From Deltaproteobacteria bacterium (GTDB lineage Bacteria; Desulfobacterota; Syntrophia; Syntrophales; UBA2185): a stretch of 64,000 bases of DNA. Location: assembly GCA_016874835.1 (NCBI GenBank), contig VGTB01000001.1, positions 5,169 through 69,168 of the forward strand, in the 5' to 3' direction. The translations under genes and the position numbers were made by a program. This document shows, one piece after another, positions 49,459 through 59,724 of the stretch (the stretch's first letter is position 1; each line of letters opens with the position of its first letter). The notes beneath the pieces were generated by a model. The model ran no database searches and was not told the origin of the DNA. It saw only the letters and a program-made list of their open reading frames with translations.

Positions 49459-50898
49459 TCATAGAGGTGGTGTATTTCTGCCCACGCGAGGCGTGTTCAC
49501 CTCACGTTTCTGAATGGATTTTATCTCTTTTTCTATTTCCTGGGATTTTTCGCTGTCTGAGGGAAAGTATTTCTGAGCTGCTTTAAAGTGAAACAAAGCG
49601 CTTTCCCATTTATTCTTTTTCTTGAAATATTTCCCGAAATTAAAGTGTGAATTCCCCGGATCGTTGTTTTTTCCGTATGCGGTAGCAATGCTGTAGTATA
49701 TATCCGCGTTTTCTATATTTTTCTTCTCCATTTTTTTGTAAACATCCAGAGCGGAGGCATAATCGCCTCGCATTTCGTAGGATCTCCCCAGATAGAGGAT
49801 CGTATCGTCATTATTGTCATCGAGGGCGAGTGCCTTTCGCAGCAGTTCAATTGATTCGGATGTTCGACCCATTTTGTAGTAAATGATGCCCAGATCCCTC
49901 ACGATGTCTTCATCATGGGGAGCACGGTTCAGTGCTTTATGAAGATTTACCAGTGATTCGGTAGTTTTCCCCAGCCTTTCCTGAATTATCGCGAGGCCGT
50001 AAAGCGCGTCGATGTCGTCGGGGTTCTTCTGTAATTCGTTCTGGAAGTGTTTGAGACTGTGATCCAAGTTTCTCTCCCCGAACATGAGAACGGTCTGAAT
50101 GCGCTTTAAGTTTCCGATGATATTTTCTGCGCCGCTGGAAGTATATGTCGTTTGCAGCAGTGCATCCAAATACCTGATCCTTTCGTCAGTGCCCGGGTGG
50201 GTGAGAAAGTACGAGGGTATAGAACTGGAATAGAATTCATACCTCCTCATTGTCTTCAGGAAGTCGAGCATGGCTTTCCCATCATATCCCGCGCTTACCA
50301 GGTAATACATGCCGATCCTGTCCGCTTCCTCCTCGTGTTCGCGGCTGTACTTCAAATTCAAGCTTGTCGCCGTTGCTATGGAAAATCCGGTAACTGCGGC
50401 AGAGAGATCCCCGCCTCCCAGGAAGGCACCTGCAAGGATTGCGGCCAGTGTGGCAATACCCACCTTCTGAGACTTCTCGATGATGCTTGCAATGTGCCTT
50501 GAGTTCACATGGGCAATTTCATGAGCAAGCACACTGGCAAGTTCGCTTTCCTTGTCGACCAGATTGATGAGACCCCTGTTGACGTAGACATAGCCGCCGG
50601 GGGTGGCGAAGGCATTAATTGCGGAACTTCTGATAACGGAGAAGCGGTATTCAAAAGGGGCCTTATCGGAGCCGGAAAGGATTTTATTGCCGAGTTGATT
50701 GATATAGGAGACGATCTTCGGGTTGCGGATGAGGACGTTGCTTTTTTCTAATTTCTCGTAGAATTCTTTTCCTAACTTTCTTTCATCCTCGATGGTGAAT
50801 GATGCGGTCACAATGCCCCTGGTATGGAAAAAAAACAGCACAAAGGTAAAGAAGAAAATAAGAATCTTTTTGAGAGAAAAATGGATGGGGCAATTCAT
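49459..50898 (-). CDS. M48 family metalloprotease with C-terminal TPR repeats (BepA-like)
   Basis: It has a signal/TM N-terminus, the HEIAHV zinc motif, EEEADRIG and multiple TPR units. Confidence 0.8.
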   Translation of the reverse strand: MNCPIHFSLKKILIFFFTFVLFFFHTRGIVTASFTIEDERKLGKEFYEKLEKSNVLIRNPKIVSYINQLGNKILSGSDKAPFEYRFSVIRSSAINAFATPGGYVYVNRGLINLVDKESELASVLAHEIAHVNSRHIASIIEKSQKVGIATLAAILAGAFLGGGDLSAAVTGFSIATATSLNLKYSREHEEEADRIGMYYLVSAGYDGKAMLDFLKTMRRYEFYSSSIPSYFLTHPGTDERIRYLDALLQTTYTSSGAENIIGNLKRIQTVLMFGERNLDHSLKHFQNELQKNPDDIDALYGLAIIQERLGKTTESLVNLHKALNRAPHDEDIVRDLGIIYYKMGRTSESIELLRKALALDDNNDDTILYLGRSYEMRGDYASALDVYKKMEKKNIENADIYYSIATAYGKNNDPGNSHFNFGKYFKKKNKWESALFHFKAAQKYFPSDSEKSQEIEKEIKSIQKREVNTPRVGRNTPPL

Positions 50899-51135
50899 AT
50901 AACGGTTGTCCTCAGCAAACGCTTCCTTTGGATAATAATATCTTTTTTATGGCTCGTAATCAAGAAGTCGTTTGATGGTGGCTGGAATGTGAAATGATTC
51001 GTGGCACATATGTACCATGATACGGGACATGTACGGTTCTTTCATGTTGTGAAATGGAATGCTTGTATGTTATAGCGGGCCTAACCTGCGGTGCTGTATG
51101 CATTGGCGGTATTCGGAAAGAAGAAGCGTCTGGAC

Positions 51136-51837
51136 ATGTGCGCAGATATAAAAAGGGGATTGATTATCACGATTGACGGACCTGCCGGTGCGGGGAAAAG
51201 TACAGTCGGGAGACATCTTGCACAGCGTCTCTCATATATCTATTTAGATACGGGAGCCCTCTACAGGGCGGTTGCATTCAAGGTGCTGCAGGAAGGGATT
51301 TCTCCGGAAAGCGAAGATGATATCTCGGAACTCTGCGGGAAAATCAAGGTTCATCTCGAGAACAGACAGGGTGGATTGAGGGTCTTCGTGGATGAACAGG
51401 ATGTTACCGAAAACCTGAGGACCGAGCAAATAGGACTCTTAGCCTCAAGAGTTTCCGCGATTTCTGTCGTGAGAAAATTCCTTCTCCCGGTTCAGCAGGG
51501 GATGGGAGCAAAGGGTAGGATTGTTGCGGAAGGAAGAGACATGGGCACGGTGGTTTTCCCCGATGCCGATGTGAAATTTTTCCTCGACGCCGGTCTGGGG
51601 GAAAGGATCAGAAGGAGGTATGAAGAACTTGCGAGAGCGGGGAAAAAGGGGGATTATCCGAAAGTAGAAAGGGACTTGATTAAAAGAGATTCTCAGGACA
51701 GGGAAAGAAGCGTAGCACCTTTGAAAATTCCTGATAACGCGGTGATCATTGATTCTACAAATATTTCCGTATCAGAGGTTGTGGAAAAAATGATGTCCGT
51801 GATCATGGATTATGACCGCTTTTGCGTGCGCAGATGA
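51136..51837 (+). CDS. cmk: Cytidylate kinase
   Basis: ITIDGPAGAGKST and YLDTGALYRA are present. The start is taken at Met16 of the track ORF. Confidence 0.9.
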   Translation: MCADIKRGLIITIDGPAGAGKSTVGRHLAQRLSYIYLDTGALYRAVAFKVLQEGISPESEDDISELCGKIKVHLENRQGGLRVFVDEQDVTENLRTEQIGLLASRVSAISVVRKFLLPVQQGMGAKGRIVAEGRDMGTVVFPDADVKFFLDAGLGERIRRRYEELARAGKKGDYPKVERDLIKRDSQDRERSVAPLKIPDNAVIIDSTNISVSEVVEKMMSVIMDYDRFCVRR

Positions 51838-51977
51838 GCTTGGAAATATCCCGCCAATATCGTCATGTCGATTCCATGAAACAATTGATTTTCTTTAATT
51901 CGCTTGATATTTCACAGTCAGTGTGTTAGTTGGACGATTCTAAAGAGTTTTTATAAAGATTCAGGGGGTAATGGTTA

Positions 51978-53759
51978 ATGGTTAACAATGGTAACTTAAT
52001 ATCTGAAGAACAAAGCAAAAAAGAGGAGAAAGCGAATGAGGAGGTTCCTGTTGAAATTGCGGCGACTCCGGTAAGTATAGGAAAAGAAGAAGATATCGGC
52101 TTTAAGGAGCTTTACGAGAAAAGCCTGCAAAATGTTCAACTTGGAGAAGTCGTAACCGGTAAGGTTGTGCAAATAAATAATGATGTCGTCATGGTGGATG
52201 TGGGATGGAAAACGGAAGGTTATATTCCCGCGAGAGAATTGAGAGATGAAAAGGGCGATATTAACGTCTCGGTCGGCGAGCAAATCGAGGTACTGGTTGA
52301 TAGGAGAGATCCTGACGGGAATCTGGTTTTATCGAGGGATAAGGCGGTCAAAATTAAAGTATGGGATGATGTGAGAAGCGCTTGTGAGCAAAACACCCCG
52401 ATCGCGGGTGTGGTCATGCAAAGAGTGAAGGGAGGTCTGTCTGTTGACATCGGAATTCCCGCTTTCCTCCCCGGGTCCCAGGTTGATGTTCGTCCGGTGA
52501 GGGATCTTGATAAGTTTGTCGGACAGACGCTCATGTTTAATGTTCTCAAATATGACAGAAAAAGGAACAATGTCGTATTGTCAAGAAGATCGATATTGGA
52601 GCATGAAAAAGAGCTTGCCAAGAGAAAAACCCTCGAAAGTATTGAAGAGGGTAAAATTATGGACGGCGTGATAAAAAATATAACTGATTACGGCCTCTTT
52701 ATCGATTTGGGAGGTATCGATGGTCTTCTTCACGTGACCGATATTTCATGGGGAAGGGTGACGCGTCCGTCAGAACATTTCTCAAAAGGCGAGAGCATAA
52801 AAGTAAAAGTACTTTCCTTCGACAGGGAAAAGGAACGGGTATCTCTGGGGCTTAAACAGTTGATGGATAATCCGTGGGAAACAATCAGTGAGAAATATAA
52901 GATAGGGACGATAGTAGAAGGAAAAGTGGTGAATCTGACAGACTACGGAGTGTTTGTAGAACTGGAACCGGGAGTGGAAGGCCTCGTTCATATTTCGGAA
53001 ATGTTCTGGACGAGAGAAATAAGACATCCATCGAAAGTATTATCTGTCAGTGAGATGGTAAAAGTGATGGTGTTGGACATTAATCAGGAGACAAAGAGGA
53101 TTTCCCTCGGGTTAAAACAAACAACGGCAAATCCCTGGGAGGCGCTGAAGCAAAAATATCCCGAGGGAACCATTGTGAAGGGTGTAATTAAGAATATTAC
53201 GAATTTCGGGTTTTTCGTCGGCATCGAAGATGGAATAGACGGCCTTGTTCATGTCTCCGATATTTCATGGAAACAGAATGTAAAACACCCTTCTGAATTG
53301 TTCAGAAAGGGTCAGGAAGTAGAGGCAATGGTTTTGAATATTGATGTCGACAATGAAAAGTTTTCCCTCGGCATCAAGCAGGTCGACAAAAATCCGTGGG
53401 ATGAGAAGAACTTCAAATACACACCAGGTTCAATTATCAAGGGCAGGGTGACTAATGTCACTGAATTTGGCATTTTTGTGGAGTTGGAGGAAGGAATAGA
53501 AGGCCTGGTTCACATTTCGGAGCTGAGCCAGAAGAGGGTGAAGACGTCAGCTGAACTGTATGTCGTCGGGGATACGGTATCTGCTGTTGTGAAAAGTGTT
53601 GATCTGTCGAACAGGAGGATCAGATTAAGCATAAAGGATTATGAATCGGCGTCTGAAGGAAACGTTATCCATCAGTACATTAACAACAAGGAGAATGTTG
53701 GTTCGAATCTCGGCAAGGTTATGGCTGATGTGAAAATTGTAGATACCGAAAAAAGTTGA
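51978..53759 (+). CDS. rpsA: 30S ribosomal protein S1
   Basis: It has six S1 OB-fold repeats (G.V.G.V..I...G.FV.L..G..GL.H.S..). Confidence 0.95.
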   Translation: MVNNGNLISEEQSKKEEKANEEVPVEIAATPVSIGKEEDIGFKELYEKSLQNVQLGEVVTGKVVQINNDVVMVDVGWKTEGYIPARELRDEKGDINVSVGEQIEVLVDRRDPDGNLVLSRDKAVKIKVWDDVRSACEQNTPIAGVVMQRVKGGLSVDIGIPAFLPGSQVDVRPVRDLDKFVGQTLMFNVLKYDRKRNNVVLSRRSILEHEKELAKRKTLESIEEGKIMDGVIKNITDYGLFIDLGGIDGLLHVTDISWGRVTRPSEHFSKGESIKVKVLSFDREKERVSLGLKQLMDNPWETISEKYKIGTIVEGKVVNLTDYGVFVELEPGVEGLVHISEMFWTREIRHPSKVLSVSEMVKVMVLDINQETKRISLGLKQTTANPWEALKQKYPEGTIVKGVIKNITNFGFFVGIEDGIDGLVHVSDISWKQNVKHPSELFRKGQEVEAMVLNIDVDNEKFSLGIKQVDKNPWDEKNFKYTPGSIIKGRVTNVTEFGIFVELEEGIEGLVHISELSQKRVKTSAELYVVGDTVSAVVKSVDLSNRRIRLSIKDYESASEGNVIHQYINNKENVGSNLGKVMADVKIVDTEKS

Positions 53760-53773
53760 GACGGGAGCAATTC

Positions 53774-54700
53774 ATGAGAAAACATCCCGTGCTGTTTGGC
53801 ATTATCATTTTGACATTCATAGGAATAGTATTTTTTACTCTGATATACCTCATAAGTTCTGCAGGTGTTGAGAAACGGTCTTTTGCGCTGAGTAATAAGG
53901 TAGGCGTGGTAAAAGTCGAAGGATTTATTGGCGATTCAAATGAGGTCGTTGAACAGATAAATCAGTTCGACAAAGACGACAGCATAAAAGCCCTGATTGT
54001 CAGAATCGACTCACCCGGGGGGGGGGTGGCCGCTTCCCAGGAGATATATGAAGCGGTTGCCGATATAAAAAAGAAAAAGAAGGTCGTTGCCTCTATGGGA
54101 TCTATTGCCGCTTCGGGAGGTTACATGATTGCCTGTGCGGCTGATAAGATTGTCGCAAATCCCGGAACCGTGACCGGAAGCATCGCCGCAGTGATTCACT
54201 TTGCAAATGTGGAAGAATTGATGAAAAAGATCGGCCTGAAATCATCGGTGATCAAAAGTGGGAAGTATAAAGACATTGGATCCCCTGTGAGAGAAATGAC
54301 GCCGGACGAAAAGGTTTTGATGCAGAACCTGGTGGATGACATATCAGATCAGTTTATTGATATGGTATCAAGAGACAGGAAGATCCAGAAGGAAGATTTA
54401 AGAAAAATTGCGGACGGAAGAGTATTCACCGGCAGGCAGGCCTACAGGCTCGGCCTCGTTGATCATATTGGAGATATGGGATATGCCATAGATCTTGCCG
54501 GGGAAATGTCTGGAATAAAAGGGAAGCCGGAAGTGGTGTACGCGAAAAAGAAGGGATTGAGGTTATGGGATTATATTTTTCGCGATGTTTTTTCCGCGCT
54601 TGAGGAACAGGTGCAGTCAAGGATGTATCGGTTTCACGGCATTCAGTATCTCTCGCCCATAGTAAACTATCCAAAGAGTTTCAGTAATGACGAAAAGTGA
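53774..54700 (+). CDS. sppA: Signal peptide peptidase SppA (36K type)
   Basis: It has an N-terminal TM helix, IDSPGGGVAASQEIY and SMGSIAASGGY. ATG 53774 is preceded by GGGAG. The gene contains a G10 tract. Confidence 0.88.
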   Translation: MRKHPVLFGIIILTFIGIVFFTLIYLISSAGVEKRSFALSNKVGVVKVEGFIGDSNEVVEQINQFDKDDSIKALIVRIDSPGGGVAASQEIYEAVADIKKKKKVVASMGSIAASGGYMIACAADKIVANPGTVTGSIAAVIHFANVEELMKKIGLKSSVIKSGKYKDIGSPVREMTPDEKVLMQNLVDDISDQFIDMVSRDRKIQKEDLRKIADGRVFTGRQAYRLGLVDHIGDMGYAIDLAGEMSGIKGKPEVVYAKKKGLRLWDYIFRDVFSALEEQVQSRMYRFHGIQYLSPIVNYPKSFSNDEK

Positions 54701-54977
54701 ATTAATCAGGAAGGTTCAGGAGAGAATAAGTGATTACCCTTCCAGGGACGTGGCATACGCGGTACTTGTGGTATTCGATGCGATGGTCAGGGCATTGATA
54801 AGAGGTGAGAGAATAGAAATCAGAGATTTTGGAAATATTACCGTCAGGCGTCGCAGATCGATACGGGGAAGAAATCCCAAGACGTCTGATATTATAGAAC
54901 TCCCCCCGAGGAAGATACCGTTCTTTAAAGTGGGGAAAGAGCTCTATGATATGATAAACGGCAGGAAGGGATTATGA
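54687..54977 (+). CDS. ihfB: Integration host factor beta subunit / HU family
   Basis: MTKSELI...[16 protein letters not shown]...FKVGKEL is present. The cmk-rpsA-ihfB order is as in E. coli. Confidence 0.8.
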   Translation: MTKSELIRKVQERISDYPSRDVAYAVLVVFDAMVRALIRGERIEIRDFGNITVRRRRSIRGRNPKTSDIIELPPRKIPFFKVGKELYDMINGRKGL

Positions 54978-55256
54978 ATAATCCCATTCGTTGTCTGGCG
55001 ATGCGAAATCCTTAAGTTGTTCCCGTCTCTTTTTGTGTTGCAGTTTCTTAAGAGCTTTGGCTTCTATTTGCCTTATCCTTTCACGGGTTACACCCATCAT
55101 TTCACCAACTTCTTCAAGGGTAAACGGTCCATAATTACAGGCGACCCAGGTGCAATTCAAAAAAGTCTCGTTTTTCAGTCGCCATTCACACGTGGTGTCC
55201 TGGCATATCTCTGATATCAGTTGGCCTGTTTTTTTACATTTATACGTGTTGATCAA
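54972..55256 (-). CDS. Small Cys-rich protein with sigma-70 region-4-like HTH
   Basis: The C-terminal [26 protein letters not shown] is a region 4.2 signature. The N-terminal 42 aa carry five Cys (positions 7, 18, 23, 35, 40). The 3' end overlaps ihfB by 6 nt, convergently. Confidence 0.6.
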   Translation of the reverse strand: MINTYKCKKTGQLISEICQDTTCEWRLKNETFLNCTWVACNYGPFTLEEVGEMMGVTRERIRQIEAKALKKLQHKKRREQLKDFASPDNEWDYS

Positions 55257-55310
55257 TTTTTAACCCCTTGCAGTGATGTTATTTGCGGTGGTGTAGAAAA
55301 GAACGGTCGT

Positions 55311-55339
55311 ATATTATTCATTCTCCATGCATTTGTCAA
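55311..55339 (-). promoter_or_regulatory. Sigma-70-type promoter for the small HTH gene
   Basis: On the minus strand, TTGACA (55339-55334), a 17-nt spacer, then TAATAT (55316-55311), about 55 nt upstream of the ATG at 55256. Confidence 0.5.
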
Positions 55340-55384
55340 TGCTCAGGAGCTAAAATAATATCTGTGATTTCTGATATTTATCCA

Positions 55385-56689
55385 TTATTCAGTATTTGTG
55401 TATTCCGTACGATTCCTAAGACGGCAAAGACGGTGAGTCAAGGCGTCTCTCTCGAGTATGCTTAATCTTGAAGACTTGAGAATTCCGCTCACAATATTAA
55501 TCGCCCCGTGAAAATCGTGAGCCCTGTGCTCGAACCACTTGGCCAGCTCTTCCGCGGCAAAAACATTCTCCGGATCGTTCTCCAGCATTGTCTCCCATAT
55601 TCTTATCGCTTCATTCCAGCGTCCGTCGCGTTTGTGCATCAATGAGAGCTTTTTCCTCGCTTCCAGGGCAATCATGGGATGTTCCGAGCTGATCAATGAA
55701 TCCAATAATTTTTTTGCATCTGTATAATACCCCCTGTTTAAGAGAAACCGGGTAACGGCTAAGAGATCGTGATGTCCCGTCTGTTCATTCTCGGGATCGC
55801 ATTTTGTCATTTCCGCTAAGTGAACCGCCAAAGCGGCCATGGATATCACATCGAGGCGGTTGTGTTCAAAGACATCTACCATCAGGCGTGGATCGCGTTT
55901 TCTCAGCCAGTTGAAGTATCGCATGGGGATTTCACTCGCCGGGAGATCGTCCTCACGGTGGAATTCAAGAACCTCTCTCTCAAGTGTGGAGAGCCGGCTG
56001 TTGTCTAAGCGATGGCCTAACAGACGGCGGGACGGATAGAGGAGATCCAGGTGAGGAAATCCGGAAAGGGGGTCCGGCAGCCGGTTCAAAATAAAGCGTG
56101 TTGTGAGGAGACCCACATCGAATACCTTGCCGTTAAATGTCACGAGAAAACGTTTTTCTCTAACAATATCGGTCAGAAATTTCAGGGAGGCCCGTTCTTC
56201 CGAGAAATCCCGTGCGAATATCTGTTTCGTGACGAATCTTTCATTATCGAACCAGCCGATTCCGATAAGGAAGACGAGTGTACCGGTGCCGCCGGAAAGA
56301 CCTGTCGTTTCCGTATCTAAAAACAGGGCGTCTCCGCAGTGGAAGCGAGAAAGATCAGGCCGATTTGCCAGGAGCGCGGCGGCATTCATATCCAGGGCGG
56401 AAATTTCGCTGATGCAACGTCGCCCGTGATAAGAGGAGCCGGAGTGAAGGCTATGGGCGACGAAGAATCTGCCGTACGTATTTTCCAATTCCTCCCCCTG
56501 AACCAGGTCCGATAATTCAGCGGCTCTGCCTTGATGTGCGGGGGGATGTGCGGTTGCGGTGTGAGGCCGGCGCGACATAACGGTTTCTATGCGCCGCCGG
56601 AGCTCGTTGATTTGATCGGCACGTGCCTGTTTTTCCTTCTCCGGGATCTGTTCGCCGGTAATGCGCCGCAGGCGCTTTATTGTGCTCAT
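55385..56689 (-). CDS. RNase H-fold DEDD exonuclease with C-terminal TPR region (YprB/MrfB-like)
   Basis: Exo motifs FLDTETTGL, FNGKVFD and HNRLDV are present, with C-terminal TPR-like helices. The start overlaps the helicase stop (ATGA). Confidence 0.7.
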   Translation of the reverse strand: MSTIKRLRRITGEQIPEKEKQARADQINELRRRIETVMSRRPHTATAHPPAHQGRAAELSDLVQGEELENTYGRFFVAHSLHSGSSYHGRRCISEISALDMNAAALLANRPDLSRFHCGDALFLDTETTGLSGGTGTLVFLIGIGWFDNERFVTKQIFARDFSEERASLKFLTDIVREKRFLVTFNGKVFDVGLLTTRFILNRLPDPLSGFPHLDLLYPSRRLLGHRLDNSRLSTLEREVLEFHREDDLPASEIPMRYFNWLRKRDPRLMVDVFEHNRLDVISMAALAVHLAEMTKCDPENEQTGHHDLLAVTRFLLNRGYYTDAKKLLDSLISSEHPMIALEARKKLSLMHKRDGRWNEAIRIWETMLENDPENVFAAEELAKWFEHRAHDFHGAINIVSGILKSSRLSILERDALTHRLCRLRNRTEYTNTE

Positions 56690-59058
56690 ATGTTCTCTGT
56701 TATCAGTTCAATGATTGCAAGGGCCGTTTCTTTTGCGGCTGGACCGACTTCGAGTACCGGGCCCACGCAGCTCGGGCATCCGTGGGTGCACGGGCAGCTC
56801 TCTATCAGATTGCGCGCCGAGGTCAGGAGACGGTCGTGTTCTTCGTAAAGGAGGTCTGAAAAACCGATTCCCCCGGGATACGCATCGAAGATGAATACGG
56901 TGGGGTCGAAGGCGTCAATCATTATGTCTGTCATACCCGGAGTGATTTTCGGCGACGCCGTGATGAGGCGCGATCCGGTTCCGTGGCGGACGAACCATTC
57001 ACCGCTCTTGTCGCCTATGCATCGGTCGATATCGTGTAAGTCCGCCATCAACAGCATCGCCGCCAGATGGTGGAGGCTGTATGCAAGTCCGGACAGGCCA
57101 TCGATGAGATCAGCCTGCGTGTAGGACAGACGATTCAGCAGGTCTCTCGGGATCGTAAACCAGTAGCTGGTCGTATGCATGTCTTTTTCCGGGAGGCTTA
57201 CATCACCGTAGCCGAGATTTTCCGAGGTATAAAACTTTATCTTTTTATATCCCACGACCTTGCGCACCACCTGCACCTCGCCGTGTTCGACGATTGTTTC
57301 TTTTCTCTGTTTACTGGAGAAGCTGTCAATGACACGGACGTTCGTGTAGGTCATGGCATCGGTGAAGTAGTCAACGTCGACCTTGCGGACGTACGCCGTC
57401 TTTCGTTCAAGATCCAACTTGTCCACGTGATACTGCTGCGATTCGACCATGTAGATGGCGTCATCATGGACGGTTGTGAAGGCGCTGTCCCAGTCCACCT
57501 CGGCGATGACCTGATGCGAGCCTGTTTCCGTCGTATCAACCACAACCACGTTCTCCGGATTGATACACCGGAGACTTACCTCATCCGCGGGGTAACTCTC
57601 CGCCGTCCAGTGCCACCGTTCATCAACCTTGTGCAGCACTCCTTTTTCTTCCAGATAGTTGAGGAGTTCCTCCAGATTTTCCTTGCCGAAAAGTTCTCCT
57701 TTCTCAAAAGGAAGCTCGAAGGCGGCACTCTTCAGGTGCTGGAGGAGAATGAGAAGGTTGTCGGGATTGATCCGGCAATGTTCGGGTGACTGGGAGAAAA
57801 AATACCCCGGATTTTCGACAATGAACTGATCCATGGGATTGCTCCGGGCGATCATGATGGCAAGACTATGTCCCGTCCTGCGTCCGGCTCTGCCGGCCTG
57901 CTGCCATGTACTGGCGATGGAACCGGGATACCCCACCATTATGCAGGATTCCAGATCTCCGATGTCGATGCCCAGTTCCAGCGCGTTGGTGCTCACCACA
58001 CCCATGACATCTCGGTCGCGCAACCCCTGTTCGATCTGTCTCCGGAGGTTGGGCAGATAACCGCCCCGGTAGCCCGTGACGAAATGCGTGTCGACCGGTT
58101 TTCCCTTTGAAAAACGGTCTTTCAGGTATTTGGTAAGAATCTCGACATTCAGGCGGCTCGTGGCAAAGATGATTGTCTGGACATCGTTTTCGATGAGTTT
58201 CGTTGCAACGATCCGGGCCGGTGTCATGGCAGACTGGCGGATGCCAAGTTCACGGTTGACGATGGGTGGGTTGTAGAGGATGAACGTCTTCGAAGCTCTC
58301 GGGGCACCGCTTTGCTCGATGAGCTCCACGGGCCTCTCAAGGAGGCGCTCCGCATGTTCCTTCGGGTTGGCAACAGTCGCGGAGCAGCAGATAAAGACGG
58401 GTTTTTGTCCATAAAAGCGGCATATCCTGACGAGACGCCTTATTACGTTTGTCAGATGCGAGCCGAAAACACCCCTGTAGATGTGAAGCTCGTCGATGAC
58501 AACGAATTTGAGATTGGCAAAGAGCTTCTGCCATTTGGTGTGGTGCGGAAGTATCCCCGTGTGAAGCATGTCGGGGTTGGTGACGACGACATGACCCTGC
58601 TTTCGGATTGCCTGGCGCGCATCGTCGGGGGTATCTCCGTCGTAGGTGTATGTCTTGATGTCGGTTCTCAGGTCGGTAATGAGACTGTGCACCTCGTGCA
58701 TCTGGTCCTGGGCCAGGGCCTTTGTGGGGAAAATATAGAGAGCCCGTGTTTCCGGTTCGTCAAGGATGCGATTTATGACCGGAAGGTTATAGCAGAGCGT
58801 CTTTCCGCTCGCCGTGGGAGTTACCAGGATGACATCACGGTGATTGTGTATGAGTTCTACAGCCTCCGTCTGGTGACTGTAGAGCTGAAAGATTCCGCGT
58901 TTCTTCAGGACCGATTGGATTCGGGGGTAAACCCAATCGGGAAAGGGGGTGAACCGGCCTTCAGAGGAAGGCATTTCCTTCAGCGCCCGGACATTTTCCA
59001 TGAACCGCCGGTCGTTTTCCATTCGGGATAAAAGTTCCTTGATGGACAACACAGACAT
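56686..59058 (-). CDS. DEAD/DEAH-box helicase with C-terminal DUF1998 zinc module (YprA/MrfA-like)
   Basis: Motif I is TPTASGKT, motif II VIDELH and motif VI QQAGRAGRR. The C-terminal four-Cys cluster is CPCTHGCPSCVGP. Confidence 0.85.
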   Translation of the reverse strand: MSVLSIKELLSRMENDRRFMENVRALKEMPSSEGRFTPFPDWVYPRIQSVLKKRGIFQLYSHQTEAVELIHNHRDVILVTPTASGKTLCYNLPVINRILDEPETRALYIFPTKALAQDQMHEVHSLITDLRTDIKTYTYDGDTPDDARQAIRKQGHVVVTNPDMLHTGILPHHTKWQKLFANLKFVVIDELHIYRGVFGSHLTNVIRRLVRICRFYGQKPVFICCSATVANPKEHAERLLERPVELIEQSGAPRASKTFILYNPPIVNRELGIRQSAMTPARIVATKLIENDVQTIIFATSRLNVEILTKYLKDRFSKGKPVDTHFVTGYRGGYLPNLRRQIEQGLRDRDVMGVVSTNALELGIDIGDLESCIMVGYPGSIASTWQQAGRAGRRTGHSLAIMIARSNPMDQFIVENPGYFFSQSPEHCRINPDNLLILLQHLKSAAFELPFEKGELFGKENLEELLNYLEEKGVLHKVDERWHWTAESYPADEVSLRCINPENVVVVDTTETGSHQVIAEVDWDSAFTTVHDDAIYMVESQQYHVDKLDLERKTAYVRKVDVDYFTDAMTYTNVRVIDSFSSKQRKETIVEHGEVQVVRKVVGYKKIKFYTSENLGYGDVSLPEKDMHTTSYWFTIPRDLLNRLSYTQADLIDGLSGLAYSLHHLAAMLLMADLHDIDRCIGDKSGEWFVRHGTGSRLITASPKITPGMTDIMIDAFDPTVFIFDAYPGGIGFSDLLYEEHDRLLTSARNLIESCPCTHGCPSCVGPVLEVGPAAKETALAIIELITENI

Positions 59059-59072
59059 GGCGACTGCTTATA

Positions 59073-59609
59073 CTACGTCTTCGAAAATTCTTCCACAACC
59101 TTTCTGTATTTTTCGTGGATCATATTTTTGTCAAATTCCCAGAACTCTTTGAGCATGGCGGCCTGTTCCTCGGCGGTGAAATAATCCAGAATGGGGAAAA
59201 AGAAGTGCTTATCCTCCTTTTCAATGTGCTTTGGATATAATTCGGAAAGCTCCCTCAGGCACGATATAACATCAGTGATACTGTTTTTATCGCCACCGAG
59301 ATATTTTCCATTGGCTTCCAGCAGTCTGCCTACGGTTTTCCGTGCGAAAATGTGTTCCTCCACCAGTTCCCGCATGGTTCTGTCATGATCCGGAGACAGG
59401 TTCTTTTTTTGGAGATCCCGGAAAAGGATATCTTCTTCTTTTCCGTGATGGGTTCGATCTGCATATGTTCTGAAGAAGTCAACGGCAGCGCTGATGAAGA
59501 CCGTATTGACAATGTTCTCCTCTTTGATTCTGTTTATTTCCCGTATGAACAAACCGGCCATCTTTTCAATCAGCCGGTGTTCCCACATCAAGGGCCCGAT
59601 TGGTTTCAT
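59073..59609 (-). CDS. Hemerythrin-like domain protein
   Basis: GPLMWEHRLI, HHGKEEDILF and HIEKEDKHFF provide the His/Glu di-iron ligand pattern. Confidence 0.75.
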   Translation of the reverse strand: MKPIGPLMWEHRLIEKMAGLFIREINRIKEENIVNTVFISAAVDFFRTYADRTHHGKEEDILFRDLQKKNLSPDHDRTMRELVEEHIFARKTVGRLLEANGKYLGGDKNSITDVISCLRELSELYPKHIEKEDKHFFFPILDYFTAEEQAAMLKEFWEFDKNMIHEKYRKVVEEFSKT

Positions 59610-59724
59610 GATACTTCCCTCGTTTTATCTAAAAATTATGTTGTCAAATCCGCCAGTCGTTATAACTCAACATGCCGGTCGGCAGGACAGGCGTCTCACC
59701 TGTCCCACCGGTTCCGATATCTCC

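Noticed and set aside
53700-53716. ggttcgaatctcggc, a T-arm-like string suggesting a tRNA
   Set aside because: It lies inside the rpsA reading frame, and no acceptor, D or anticodon stems can be drawn around it.
57067-59031. Plus-strand ORFs of ~240 aa (57067-57789, 58312-59031) antisense to the helicase gene
   Set aside because: They have no recognisable motifs and lie fully inside a strongly supported helicase CDS. This is typical shadow-ORF behaviour.
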